Source: an uncultured Candidatus Babeliaceae bacterium (GTDB lineage Bacteria; Babelota; Babeliae; Babelales; Babelaceae). Taken from it: 64,000 nucleotides of DNA. The translations under genes were made by a program, and so were the position numbers. Shown here piece by piece: positions 10,414 to 20,769 of the stretch. Each line of letters opens with the position of its first letter. Positions within the stretch are counted from its first letter, which is position 1. The stretch covers positions 1,234,078-1,298,077 of the forward strand of contig OY969927.1 in NCBI GenBank assembly GCA_963704655.1. The letters run 5' to 3'. The notes under the pieces are model-generated. The model saw only the letters and a program-made list of their open reading frames with translations, was not told where the DNA came from and made no database searches.

Positions 10414-10833
10414 ATGTCGAAACCAATCTTTGTTATTCAAGAACATCACGCGAGTCATTTACATTACGATTTTCGTCTCGAAATGGACGGTGCATTACGT
10501 TCATGGGCGGTGCCAAAAACGCCCACCGCAGAGCCTGATATTAAAAGACTTGCCGTGCTCACAACGGACCATCCGCTTGAATATGCAACTTTCCAAGGTG
10601 TTATTGAAGAAGGTTACGGTGCCGGCACGGTCAAGATTTGGGACCACGGCACGTATGACAATATTACGCATCATGAGGGCAAACTTATTTCGATGGACCA
10701 AGCCTTTGAAGATGGGCGCATTAAAATTAATTTGCACGGCAAAAAATTAAAAGGCGCATTTGCCCTTATTCGATTTCACAATAACGACAAGAATTGGCTC
10801 TTGATGAAAATCGATGATAAATATGCAGAGTAA
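10414..10833 (+). CDS. Stand-alone LigD 3'-phosphoesterase domain protein
   Basis: FVIQEHHASHLHYDFRLE, SWAVPK, DHPLEY, YGAGTVKIWDHGTY. Confidence 0.92.
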   Translation: MSKPIFVIQEHHASHLHYDFRLEMDGALRSWAVPKTPTAEPDIKRLAVLTTDHPLEYATFQGVIEEGYGAGTVKIWDHGTYDNITHHEGKLISMDQAFEDGRIKINLHGKKLKGAFALIRFHNNDKNWLLMKIDDKYAE

Positions 10834-10847
10834 TAAAAAGCTTAACG

Positions 10848-12692
10848 TTACACAGCTTTTTTAAGAGCCACTTGTTTAATAGCCTCTTTTATTATCTCTT
10901 TGCTAGCTATCACCGTATATTCAGTTAATCCGCTTAACTGCATTACTTGGTCATCGGTATATTTAAAGTTATTGGTGCTGGTATAGTTTTTACTGTCTTT
11001 AGGGTCCAAGTACCAACCATTTTGATATCCTGGATTTGCGATAACCGGTACATAGATAATTGTTGGTGTTCCAGTTTTTGGATCGCCATAATGGACCGAG
11101 CAGTTATTTTTGGTAGCGTTATAATCGATAGTCGGGAATTTGAGGTTATTTTTTTGAGCATATTTTTCTGCAAGTTTTAATTGCGCAGCAGGGTTTACTA
11201 TGTTGCTTGCAGATGCATCAAGCACAATAATAATATCAACAGCTCTTTCTGGACGTAATAATGGCGGCAGTGGAAGATTAAAATCAAGCCCAGCATCAAT
11301 AAGTTCAAATTTTGGCAAATCAGAAAGCGGTGCGCCGTTAATGCCGAATGTCCAGTTAAAAATATCTGGTGCCGCTATCCGTTTTCCGGTAATAGCAGAG
11401 CCTTTTAAGGCGCTTAAAACTTCTTTTGGTGCAACTTTGCCAAACTTATCATTAATAAACTCTTCTACGTTTACCGCAATTGCCGATCCCCATATCCCCA
11501 TGCAAAAGCTTAAAGGTTGCGCTGGCGGATATATAGAATAACTTTGTTTGCTTGATGCGCCTTTTTCAAATTTTCTACCAAACGCCCACACGGGAATAGA
11601 TGCATTAAGGTACGTGCTACCAACTTCATAGGGGGTAAATTCTACCCATGGTTTAGCATCTTGCATGCTTGGTGAGGTAATTACCGCAGTAAAAATTGGA
11701 AATGGGTTTCGTGACGGACTCATTTTTTCGGTTAAATCTGCAATAGTAAATTTGCCTGAGTTTGGAAGAAGAACTTTTTGTGCTATTAAAGAACCCCAAA
11801 TATCGATAGGTGAAATGGGAATATTAAAAGAAAGGTTATTTAATAACGCGTTACTTATTTGTAAAACATCAACATCACTTTTTATATCTACTGATAATTT
11901 CCCATAAAGATCATGCAAAAAAGAATCTATGCTTTTACCCGACTGGAGCCAACCTGACATTGCCCATGTTGAGCCAGAAAGGCCCGCCTGATATGTGAGC
12001 GCATTAAGAAGCCCAATTTTATCTGCGCCATTTATAAAACCTGCTGTGGTTATCATGGCGCGATATCCGCCGCCACTGCAACAAATAGCAATGCGTGGCA
12101 GATCAGATGTTTTTATGGGGGTTTCTACTAATGTGTTTAAGGCTTTTTCAGTTATTGCCGCACGTTGTTGCACATACTGTAGCTCTTGTGGGGATAGACT
12201 GTTACCTTGGCGCACTTGTGCATCTTTTGTTACATAGGGTGCTTTTACTAATGTGCCACGATTTATTTCATAGACAGAACTTTTAATTGCTTCAACTACC
12301 GGACGACTTAACCAGGTGACGGTATTATATCCATCTAATTCTTTGCGTTCGTTTTCTGCAATATAAAAATCACTTCCGCGCGTGCTTCCCAAATTTACAA
12401 AATGGCGATCACCCTTATGTATCGTGTTAGGAAAATCTTGTGTATAGGCAAAATAAAGATCGCGGTCATAGGTGCCCCCAACATAAAGTTTCAAGTCTGG
12501 CCGTTCAATGCTTTTTGTTTGGCCGGCAGCTATTAAAAAGGGCTCACTATTTTGCATACGTTCGCTGGTTACACCTTTGGTATAATAAAAAGCAGCATAG
12601 ACATCTTTGTCTGTTTTATTAGCGATATTTATTTTGTCTGCATTAAGAGTAAAAGATAAAGCTATAAACGATATACTTATAATTTTTTTCAT
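10848..12692 (-). CDS. Secreted lysophospholipase / cytosolic phospholipase A2-like (PLA2_B) enzyme
   Basis: SGGGYRAM, GLSGSTW nucleophile, WVEFTPYEVG, DAG, NLPLPPLLRPERAVDII. Confidence 0.88.
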   Translation of the reverse strand: MKKIISISFIALSFTLNADKINIANKTDKDVYAAFYYTKGVTSERMQNSEPFLIAAGQTKSIERPDLKLYVGGTYDRDLYFAYTQDFPNTIHKGDRHFVNLGSTRGSDFYIAENERKELDGYNTVTWLSRPVVEAIKSSVYEINRGTLVKAPYVTKDAQVRQGNSLSPQELQYVQQRAAITEKALNTLVETPIKTSDLPRIAICCSGGGYRAMITTAGFINGADKIGLLNALTYQAGLSGSTWAMSGWLQSGKSIDSFLHDLYGKLSVDIKSDVDVLQISNALLNNLSFNIPISPIDIWGSLIAQKVLLPNSGKFTIADLTEKMSPSRNPFPIFTAVITSPSMQDAKPWVEFTPYEVGSTYLNASIPVWAFGRKFEKGASSKQSYSIYPPAQPLSFCMGIWGSAIAVNVEEFINDKFGKVAPKEVLSALKGSAITGKRIAAPDIFNWTFGINGAPLSDLPKFELIDAGLDFNLPLPPLLRPERAVDIIIVLDASASNIVNPAAQLKLAEKYAQKNNLKFPTIDYNATKNNCSVHYGDPKTGTPTIIYVPVIANPGYQNGWYLDPKDSKNYTSTNNFKYTDDQVMQLSGLTEYTVIASKEIIKEAIKQVALKKAV

Positions 12693-12797
12693 AACATCCC
12701 CCTGTATTTATATATAATTGTATATTTGGAAATGTTTGAAATGCAAGAAAAGCGATAAAAAGAATAAGATATCTTATCAAAGTGGCATGAATTAATT

Positions 12798-13355
12798 CTA
12801 ATTATGTATACTTTTTAAAAATTTTCTTATTGTTGCGGTGGCTTTCTTATAAGGAGCGACGGTATTAATGGTAACCCATTTACTTAATGGCCATTGTTTG
12901 CCCGATTTGAGGGTGCACCATGGCCAAACGCCAAGCTTATCCAGATTACCTATTTGATACTCAGATTCAACTATTTTAATGATTTCTGTTACAAGATTAT
13001 GTAGCTCTTGTTCTTGCTGCGCATTATGTGTGTAGCGGTACTTAGAATAAAAATGTTTTGCAAGTCCCGCGTAATCCCACGTTGAAAAACCTTCGCCGGG
13101 CATAACAGGCATGATATTTTCTTGTCCGGCATGGTACCAGTTCAGCAGTAATTTCCCCCAGCCAATTTGATAGGCAATAATATCATGAACACTTACAGGG
13201 CCACCAGTGCCTTCTATGGTTTTTACATCTCTTTTTAGTAACGGCACTTGCTCCAGCACCGTTACTAATTTATGGTATTCGGTGTTAATGCTTTGAGCTA
13301 AAGGGGACTTAAGAATAGAATTATTTAAGCTTATTGCCATTTGGTACATCGCCAT
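12798..13355 (-). CDS. ClbS/DfsB (DUF1706) family protein
   Basis: DIIAYQIGWGKLLLNWY...W..INTVAPY pattern. Confidence 0.75.
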   Translation of the reverse strand: MAMYQMAISLNNSILKSPLAQSINTEYHKLVTVLEQVPLLKRDVKTIEGTGGPVSVHDIIAYQIGWGKLLLNWYHAGQENIMPVMPGEGFSTWDYAGLAKHFYSKYRYTHNAQQEQELHNLVTEIIKIVESEYQIGNLDKLGVWPWCTLKSGKQWPLSKWVTINTVAPYKKATATIRKFLKSIHN

Positions 13356-13659
13356 TAAAAGTTACAAGTTGTATGGCTCCAGAAGCGTCTTCTAGCCCAA
13401 GCAACAGGAATTCAGAAGTAAAGCCAGCAATGTTTTTTGTGCCGACATTAGTAAGTCCCAATACACGCATGTTCACAAGCGTTTCGGGTGTATAGTGGTG
13501 CGTTACTTGTGCAGATGTTTTTAATATGCCAATCTCCGGGCCAAAGTCTACCCAGATTTTATAAGCAGGTTTTCGTGCTTGTGGGAAAAGCTCACTTTTA
13601 ATAATTGTCCCCGCGCGAATATCTATTTTTTCAAAATCATGAAATGTTAGGTTTGTCAT
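13321..13659 (-). CDS. csaA: tRNA-binding / export chaperone CsaA
   Basis: DFEKIDIRAGTI, ARKPAYKIWVDFG, SAQVT, SEFLLLG. Confidence 0.88.
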   Translation of the reverse strand: MTNLTFHDFEKIDIRAGTIIKSELFPQARKPAYKIWVDFGPEIGILKTSAQVTHHYTPETLVNMRVLGLTNVGTKNIAGFTSEFLLLGLEDASGAIQLVTFNGDVPNGNKLK

Positions 13660-13685
13660 AACTATACCTATATATAATTCGCGCT

Positions 13686-14150
13686 TTAAGAGATTAGTTT
13701 ATGTCTTCTTAATAACTGGTAAGCCGCATGATTTGGATCTTTGATATGCTGCTCTACGTGCGTAAGTAATTTTTTATCGTATGGCTCGCACCCTTGGCAA
13801 ACGTTTTTAACGCATATCAGTATAGCCCTTTGACTGCCTAGCTTGTAGGCAAGATCAAAAAATTTTAATGCTGGGTCGCGGTAGTAAAAAATACTTTTTG
13901 GATCATCATAATGATTTTGGTACTCTTTCATTAATCTGTCGTATTCTTCAAATAACTCATCAGGACCAAGTTTCTTTTCAGATTTCTCAGATATTGGTTG
14001 CTCCTGATCTTCAGGATATAAATCTTGATAGGTGGGAAGTTGCTCCTCATTAAATTTTTTATGTGACAAATCCTGCATTTCTATTTCATGGTAGCAGGAA
14101 AAGATGGGTGTTCTAAGCAAAAAAAGAAAAGCAATAAAGACTTTATTCAT
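13686..14150 (-). CDS. Hypothetical secreted protein
   Basis: Signal peptide, 154 aa. Confidence 0.55.
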   Translation of the reverse strand: MNKVFIAFLFLLRTPIFSCYHEIEMQDLSHKKFNEEQLPTYQDLYPEDQEQPISEKSEKKLGPDELFEEYDRLMKEYQNHYDDPKSIFYYRDPALKFFDLAYKLGSQRAILICVKNVCQGCEPYDKKLLTHVEQHIKDPNHAAYQLLRRHKLIS

Positions 14151-14221
14151 AGTATTTCCATGTTTGATTTCAATATGATTATACTTATGAAGAGCTGTTT
14201 TTGCAACATGTGCCTAAAAAA

Positions 14222-15619
14222 CTAAAAAGTAATCCCTGTGGTTATCCAAACGGTCCATTGGTCAAGCGCATTTTTGGTAGCAAATTCATACGCAGCGCCA
14301 AGACCCAAAAGTGCAGAGTAGCAATCTCGTTTAACAGTGTACCCAAGATCAAAATACAATTTCTGGCTCTGTGCCCGTGGGTGCGCCGCAGAATTAAGAT
14401 TAATATCAGCATCGGTAATATAGGTAAATGCTGCATCCGTTACGGTTGCGTTGCTGCCCGCTGCACCTTGGCAAATAGTTGCTGTGCTTGCGCTGGTAAT
14501 TGGGTAACCGCATAATGCTAATGTTTGTATGCCATAGCCTGATGTGATAGGACATTTTTTACAGATCTTTTCTGCTTGGCGCCACCAGAAATCGTAACCG
14601 AATTCAAGATTAAAATTGCATATTGGCAGATTGAGTGCCATCCACAGATCAACGGTATTTCCAGGGGTTACTTTTACCGGAACCGTTAATAAATTGATCC
14701 CTGGCTGTGAATTTAAAGGTTGGTCAGGAGTAACTACTAAAAGATAGCGTGACCATTGTCCGTTTTGACAAAGGTCGAATGAGCGCCGTTCTGTTGCGCC
14801 AAAGATATAGCGATATTTTAAATCAAGCATAAACGAAAGTTCATAATCACTGATTTCACCAGCAACTGCATCAAGATCAAGGCCGACACCAACGCTGCCA
14901 TTTTTTGAGCCAACCAATGGTTCAAAAAGATAGTCTGAGTTTGGCCGTTTACCCGTTGGCGCTGTTGCAACGGTATATAGTGTTGCGTGGCAGTCTTCGA
15001 GTCTAAAAAAATCGTAACCCAACTTGAATTGAATATCATCAAGTCCGCCGACTTTAAGGTTGCCACATGATATTTTGCCGGCGCACCAAGCCTCGTTATT
15101 GAATGCATCAAATGCATTTGCAAAGCCGGGGATAGTTCCCGTTTGAGCGCGATATTCATGCAACCCTGCATTATTTGTTACCTGGATAGCGGCGCTGTTA
15201 ATACCAAGCCAGATCGATTTGGTAAAATTAAAGTATGCGGTGAATAATACCCCAGCAACGGTTCTTTCAGGAGCGAGAAACATGGTTGATGTATAGTATG
15301 TTCCATCTGGTGAAATAAGATTAAACCAGAGTGAATCCAGATTTCCATTGCCACTTTCATCAAGTGCTGCGCATGCGTTATTGCCAGGTAAAAAGTAGCG
15401 CGCCATTTTTTTATGATTGGTCGATTGCATAAACAGCGGTTTTGCATAAAAGCTAAACCAGTTATTTTCTAGACTGTGATATCGGTGATAATTTGTAAGC
15501 GAAAGTTCTAGCATTGAGTCGGTACTGATATCACGTGGTCTAAAAAAGCTGTGACTTGAAGAATGTAGCTGTTTTGTAAATATAAGCATGAATAAAAAGA
15601 GTAGATTTTTTTTTGTCAT
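14222..15619 (-). CDS. Hypothetical secreted, probable outer-membrane beta-barrel protein
   Basis: Signal peptide, amphipathic beta strands, terminal Phe (GITF). Confidence 0.6.
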   Translation of the reverse strand: MTKKNLLFLFMLIFTKQLHSSSHSFFRPRDISTDSMLELSLTNYHRYHSLENNWFSFYAKPLFMQSTNHKKMARYFLPGNNACAALDESGNGNLDSLWFNLISPDGTYYTSTMFLAPERTVAGVLFTAYFNFTKSIWLGINSAAIQVTNNAGLHEYRAQTGTIPGFANAFDAFNNEAWCAGKISCGNLKVGGLDDIQFKLGYDFFRLEDCHATLYTVATAPTGKRPNSDYLFEPLVGSKNGSVGVGLDLDAVAGEISDYELSFMLDLKYRYIFGATERRSFDLCQNGQWSRYLLVVTPDQPLNSQPGINLLTVPVKVTPGNTVDLWMALNLPICNFNLEFGYDFWWRQAEKICKKCPITSGYGIQTLALCGYPITSASTATICQGAAGSNATVTDAAFTYITDADINLNSAAHPRAQSQKLYFDLGYTVKRDCYSALLGLGAAYEFATKNALDQWTVWITTGITF

Positions 15620-15775
15620 AACTATCTCGTGGGTTAATGGTGAAAATATATATAAAAGTACTCATTTTTTATGATAAAAAGCTAGTTTTTTAAAAAAAAT
15701 TATAATTTTTATAGATTTTTTTGGCTCTTTCTATTAATGTTGTTGTTGTGCATATAACCAAGGAGTTTAATTATT

Positions 15776-15979
15776 ATGGCATTCAGCGTAAAATCCAAGA
15801 AAAGTGGTAAAACTTATTTCTTACATTCAAAAGAAGTTAAGCTTGCCGGTGGCCGTTTACAAAATATCTTTTACTTTGCTGGCGAAGAGGCTAAAAATTC
15901 TCTTAATGCATTGCCTGCAGGATACGAAGTTATGGAAAATGAACGTACCGGTTTGCCAATGTTACGTAAGAAGAAATAG
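15776..15979 (+). CDS. Small basic hypothetical protein
   Basis: AAGGAG RBS upstream; 67 aa, Lys-rich. Confidence 0.7.
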   Translation: MAFSVKSKKSGKTYFLHSKEVKLAGGRLQNIFYFAGEEAKNSLNALPAGYEVMENERTGLPMLRKKK

Positions 15980-15984
15980 ATTTT

Positions 15985-17493
15985 TTGCTTCATACGACAG
16001 TGCGTATTTATAAAAGCATACTTTTTGCTACGGTTTTTTTTGTAATACATAATTTACAAACAAAGCCGTTTGATGCGCATCTTGCAGGGTCGTGGTACCC
16101 TGCCCAACGTACCGATTTAAAAAAACTTTTACAATCTTTTGAAAATACTACAAAAGATACTTTTGATATGCGCACGGATAGTTCAAAGATTCGTGCGCTT
16201 ATTGTCCCGCATGCTGGATATTATTATTCTGGCCGTATAGCAGCAGCAGCGTATAGATTACTCAAAGATAGCGTTATTGATCGTGTTATTATTTTGGCAC
16301 CGTCACATTACAAAGCTTTTAACGGTGTTGCATTACCCGAATTTACGCAGTATAAAATACCTGCAGGTATTATGCGTTTAGATTCCCAAGCGCTTAATAA
16401 ACTAGCTGTAACTAGATTATTTACTGTCGATAATGGCGCATTCTATCCTGAGCATGCCATAGAGATACAACTTCCTTTAATTAATTATTTTTTACCCAAG
16501 GCTAAAATTGTTCCTTTAGTGGTCGGTGACCTTTCAGCTGCTGACTGTGTTTCTGTTGCTACGAGTTTAAAGGCGCTCATAACACCTAACACATTAGTAA
16601 TTATAAGTTCAGATCTTACTCATCATGGTGCTGCTTTTGGATATGCGCCATTTACTGACGCAATAACTGCTCGCGTTGCGCAGCTTGATTCACAGATTCT
16701 TTATGCTATTCAGCACCAAGATTTAAAAAAATTTAAAAATATTATCCATGATACTGGCGCAACCGTTTGTGGGCACATGCCATTGGAAGTTCTTTTAAAG
16801 ATGGAAGAACTGAATGCATTTGGTTCTTGTGCAACACGTTTGGTCGCCTATGGCAATTCGGCAGAAACATCTGCTGGTGTTGAAAGATTAGTTTCGTATG
16901 CTGGTTTGATAGTCACGCAAGAAACGAATAATCAAGAATATTCTATGCAGGAAAAAAATTCACTGTTGCGCTATGCGCGCAACACCATTGCAGAAACTTT
17001 TAAGAAAACTATTAATCCAGAATTGTTAAAACCGGTTATGACCCCAATGCTTGAAAAGCCTTCTGGTGTATTTGTAACTCTTTATTCTAAAAATGGCAAT
17101 GGAAAACAGCTTCGTGGTTGCATCGGCACGGTGTTAGCGCGTGAGCCATTATATCAAGCAGTTTCTGCAATGGCATATCAAGCAGCGTTTAATGATAGTC
17201 GGTTTGCGCCATTACAACCTGAAGAACTTAGAAATATTTCGATAAGTATATCGATACTTACGCAGCCACATTCTGTAGCAAGTTATCATGATATTATTTT
17301 GAATAAACATGGCATTATACTTACTGTTGGAAATTCTTCTGCATTGTTTCTGCCTAAAGTTCCTCAAGAATTCGGTTTCACACTTCAGCAGACATTAGCT
17401 GAGCTCAGTAAAAAAGCAGGGCTTTCTGCAGACGCTTGGAAATCGCCCGATGCGAAATTTCAGGTATTTGAATCTATAGATTTTAGTGAATAA
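15985..17493 (+). CDS. AmmeMemoRadiSam protein B (MEMO1-like) fused to protein A (AMMECR1-like)
   Basis: AGSWYP, PHAGYYYSG, EHAIEIQLP, SSDLTH, TVCG; then GVFVTL, LRGCIG, DSRF, LFLP. Confidence 0.9.
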   Translation: MLHTTVRIYKSILFATVFFVIHNLQTKPFDAHLAGSWYPAQRTDLKKLLQSFENTTKDTFDMRTDSSKIRALIVPHAGYYYSGRIAAAAYRLLKDSVIDRVIILAPSHYKAFNGVALPEFTQYKIPAGIMRLDSQALNKLAVTRLFTVDNGAFYPEHAIEIQLPLINYFLPKAKIVPLVVGDLSAADCVSVATSLKALITPNTLVIISSDLTHHGAAFGYAPFTDAITARVAQLDSQILYAIQHQDLKKFKNIIHDTGATVCGHMPLEVLLKMEELNAFGSCATRLVAYGNSAETSAGVERLVSYAGLIVTQETNNQEYSMQEKNSLLRYARNTIAETFKKTINPELLKPVMTPMLEKPSGVFVTLYSKNGNGKQLRGCIGTVLAREPLYQAVSAMAYQAAFNDSRFAPLQPEELRNISISISILTQPHSVASYHDIILNKHGIILTVGNSSALFLPKVPQEFGFTLQQTLAELSKKAGLSADAWKSPDAKFQVFESIDFSE

Positions 17494-17570
17494 ACTTTTT
17501 AAAAAAAAGATTATCTTGACTCTAACCTCTACTTATCTGTAATACTTATAAATAGAAAGTAGGGGAGGTC

Positions 17571-18464
17571 ATGAATAAAATAGTACATACTATTTTTTTG
17601 GCCCTGTCGTGTGGGGTACTTCAAGCATCAGAACATGCTCGCAAAGTTACTACCTTTATCTATTCTCATGGTTTTACTAGTTGTAAAGCAAAAGCTAACT
17701 CCTACATACAGGCAAGGATAATACCTGAAACTACTAGAAAATTTAATTATTCAGATGCATATCTTAGTTGGGAACCATCGCATGGTTATGGGGTTGCGCT
17801 TGATTTTTGGAACTCTTGTATAGGTCAGAACTCTGATATTAAAAAACTTGCATGCGAAGTTGACCAGTATTCAGGCCCTATTGTTTTAGCGGGCGAATCG
17901 CGCGGAGCAAGTACTATCTTAAATTATTTAGGCAGTGAGTATGCAAAGTCAGACCGTATAGCGGCAGCGATTCTTGACTCGCCCTTTGATATGGTTAAAA
18001 GTGTTCTTGCGCATAGATTAAAATTATTAGGTTTGAAAGATGTATTATCTCCTGAGGCAGTTGAAAGAGCGGCGCCCTATTTTTGTTGGAATTACGATCC
18101 AAATGGTATACAGCCAATCAAATCTGTTGCTCTTATAGATCATGAAATTCCTATATTCATGGTCTGTTCAGCTGAAGATGCTATAGTTCCCCATTCCAGT
18201 GGATTAGCTCTTTATAAAGAAATGCTTAGGAGCGGCCATAAAAAAGCCTACCTTTTAATGCTTGAAAGAGGTAAACATGGCTGGATTATGCAGGGGCCAC
18301 AAGGGGATCTTTATCGCAAAGTTGTTCATGCTTTTTATGAGAGTAATGGCATTGATTCGGGTCTAGAGAGTTCACCAGGGGGACACGATTTGCTGCAAGA
18401 TTATTGCCAGCCAACTTTAGAGCAGCTTGAGCAACCAGATTTTATGAGTCTTTTAGCATCCTAA
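17571..18464 (+). CDS. Secreted alpha/beta hydrolase
   Basis: GESRG nucleophile elbow, DAIVP, GKH. Confidence 0.75.
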   Translation: MNKIVHTIFLALSCGVLQASEHARKVTTFIYSHGFTSCKAKANSYIQARIIPETTRKFNYSDAYLSWEPSHGYGVALDFWNSCIGQNSDIKKLACEVDQYSGPIVLAGESRGASTILNYLGSEYAKSDRIAAAILDSPFDMVKSVLAHRLKLLGLKDVLSPEAVERAAPYFCWNYDPNGIQPIKSVALIDHEIPIFMVCSAEDAIVPHSSGLALYKEMLRSGHKKAYLLMLERGKHGWIMQGPQGDLYRKVVHAFYESNGIDSGLESSPGGHDLLQDYCQPTLEQLEQPDFMSLLAS

Positions 18465-18531
18465 CTAAAAAAATATTGTTAAAAATGTTTCTAGTGTTTA
18501 CAGTATACTAAACATTAAACGAGAGTACGCT

Positions 18532-20721
18532 ATGAAAAAAATTATGAGTATTATGCTTGCTTGTGCAAGTAGTTGTGTGAATTTGAAAGCTTATATGGTT
18601 AAAAAATTAGAGGCTGCACCGCAGCAATTAGAGCTGTTTAAAGAGATTGCAACACAGCGTAATGAGCAGTTGCCAGAATTATGGAACACTCTTACACCAC
18701 AAGAGCGTGTTTTAGCATACTTTCTGTATAGAGCAAGTAATGCTGGTAACCGTATTATAGCCGATCAAACGCATCGACATGCCGTTGAAATTATCGAAAT
18801 TTTTGAAAAAATTGTTCAGAATAAAGCGGTTATTAAGCAAAAATGCGCTCAAACTTTTGATGTTGATGCTTTCTTGAAAGAAGCCGAAACTTTCTTAGTT
18901 TATCTCTATGCGCATCATGGCCAATACTTTTTAAAAGAGTTTGAAAATCATAAACGCACGCCAGAAAAGATGCAGCTAAAAATGCTTGTTTTGGGTAATA
19001 TTGTTGTTGCTCTTAATGCAATCGGTTTACATGAACCGCACCATTTAGTGAATCGCTTGCGTGAATCGATTTTTGATGCATCTTATGAGCCTACTGTTAC
19101 GGTGGAAGGCAGTATCGAAGAAAGTGCGGGGAACTATTATAGCCCCGATTTTACTGAGCAAGATTTTGAATTACTTGATCCAGAAAGTAAAGTGGCATTA
19201 AATGTGTATTCCTATATCGCATCCGTTAATGGTGTGCCTGTGCCTATGGTTGAACGGTATAAAATTGGCGGAAAATATTCTGCAGAATTAGAAGTGGCCC
19301 ATTATTGGCTCACAAAAGCGCATGATCACGCGGTGAAGTATCCTGAGATTTTTGATAAACATATTCCTGCTAGTTTAAAGCATATGCTCAAATACCTTGA
19401 AACGGGTGATGAGCAGGAGTTTAGAAAGTTTTCTATTGAATGGCTCAAGACTAACAGCAGAATCGATTTTAATTTTGGTTTTGTCGAAGTCTATCAGGAC
19501 CCGAAACAGTTTCGTGGAGAATTTGAAGCCGATGTTACGGTAAAAGTTGTTGATATGAAAAAACTTAATGCTCTCTTGCCAGCACTTGAAAAAGCATTGC
19601 CATTTCCTGATGAATTTAAAAGACAGAACTTAGAAGATACTGCCGCTATACCAAATGCATCAGTGAATGCTAAAATTTTTGCCTCTGGCGGTGCTGGTCC
19701 GGTGAAGGTTGTTGCTGCGTATTGTTTGCCAAATTATACTGATATTCGTGCAGAACATGGCTCAAAACAGATCATCTATCAGTTTGGCAAAGGGCTTGGT
19801 GAATTGATGAACCCGACTTTAGCATTGAGACTTTTTAATATAAAACAACACGCAGATTGGCTTGAAAAACATGACCCGCAAGGCAAACTGAATCATGACA
19901 TTTGGGATGTGCATGTTGTGTTGCATGAAACACTTGGCCATGGCAGCGGCAGGGACGCTGAGCATGTTTTTGTCCCAGGTGACCCATTAACTATTAGCGG
20001 AAAATCATATGCTATCGGTGACGTTATTCAAGTAACCAGTGATAACAATACTGAATTTATAGGTGGATACTCGTCTGCATTAGAAGAGTTGCGCGCCGAG
20101 ATTATCGCGCTTTATACGAGTATTTATAATTATGACGAACTTGATGCAAGTGGTTTATATAAAGACTGGACCAAAAGAATCGGTAAAGAAAAACTCATCG
20201 AATGGTTTATCGTGCACATGGCGCAATCTGGTTTGAATAGATTACTCGTGCAAGCAGATGATGCAACAGAGATTGTTCAGGCGCATGCGCGTGCAGACAC
20301 GACTATTATGAACTATTTACTTGATCATGGCGGTTTAGAACTTGTAGAAGAGCAGTATCCTGTTAACGGCGTTTCACACACGGTTGTTGGTATTCGTTTA
20401 ACAGATTTGAATTTAGCAATGCAGGCAGTTACTGACCTTGCATGTTTGGTGCAGCGTTGTAAATCTACTGCGGATGGCCAGGCTGTTGAAGAACTTATGA
20501 AGACATATGGCACCTGTGTTCGCCACCCAGAATATATTAAAATCCTTAAGGCAAATCGTCAGGCAGTGCAGGGTGATCTTAAAGAGATCGCAGAGATATT
20601 CCCGCGCTTGATACCAGAAACAGATGCTTCTGGAGAAATTACTGACATTTCAGCCGAATGGCCAGCAAGTTTTCTTGAACAGCAGCTTGAACAGAGCAAA
20701 CTTGCATTATCTAAAGAATAA
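18532..20721 (+). CDS. Dipeptidyl-peptidase III family (M49) metallopeptidase
   Basis: HETLGHGSG (HExxGH), EELRAE, QAHARA. Confidence 0.88.
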   Translation: MKKIMSIMLACASSCVNLKAYMVKKLEAAPQQLELFKEIATQRNEQLPELWNTLTPQERVLAYFLYRASNAGNRIIADQTHRHAVEIIEIFEKIVQNKAVIKQKCAQTFDVDAFLKEAETFLVYLYAHHGQYFLKEFENHKRTPEKMQLKMLVLGNIVVALNAIGLHEPHHLVNRLRESIFDASYEPTVTVEGSIEESAGNYYSPDFTEQDFELLDPESKVALNVYSYIASVNGVPVPMVERYKIGGKYSAELEVAHYWLTKAHDHAVKYPEIFDKHIPASLKHMLKYLETGDEQEFRKFSIEWLKTNSRIDFNFGFVEVYQDPKQFRGEFEADVTVKVVDMKKLNALLPALEKALPFPDEFKRQNLEDTAAIPNASVNAKIFASGGAGPVKVVAAYCLPNYTDIRAEHGSKQIIYQFGKGLGELMNPTLALRLFNIKQHADWLEKHDPQGKLNHDIWDVHVVLHETLGHGSGRDAEHVFVPGDPLTISGKSYAIGDVIQVTSDNNTEFIGGYSSALEELRAEIIALYTSIYNYDELDASGLYKDWTKRIGKEKLIEWFIVHMAQSGLNRLLVQADDATEIVQAHARADTTIMNYLLDHGGLELVEEQYPVNGVSHTVVGIRLTDLNLAMQAVTDLACLVQRCKSTADGQAVEELMKTYGTCVRHPEYIKILKANRQAVQGDLKEIAEIFPRLIPETDASGEITDISAEWPASFLEQQLEQSKLALSKE

Positions 20722-20754
20722 AAAAAGGGGCATAGAAATATGCCCCTTTTTTTT
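20721..20754. terminator. Bidirectional rho-independent terminator
   Basis: aaaaaaggggcat-agaaat-atgccccttttttt between convergent genes. Confidence 0.8.
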
Positions 20755-20769
20755 AAAAAGCTAATTATT

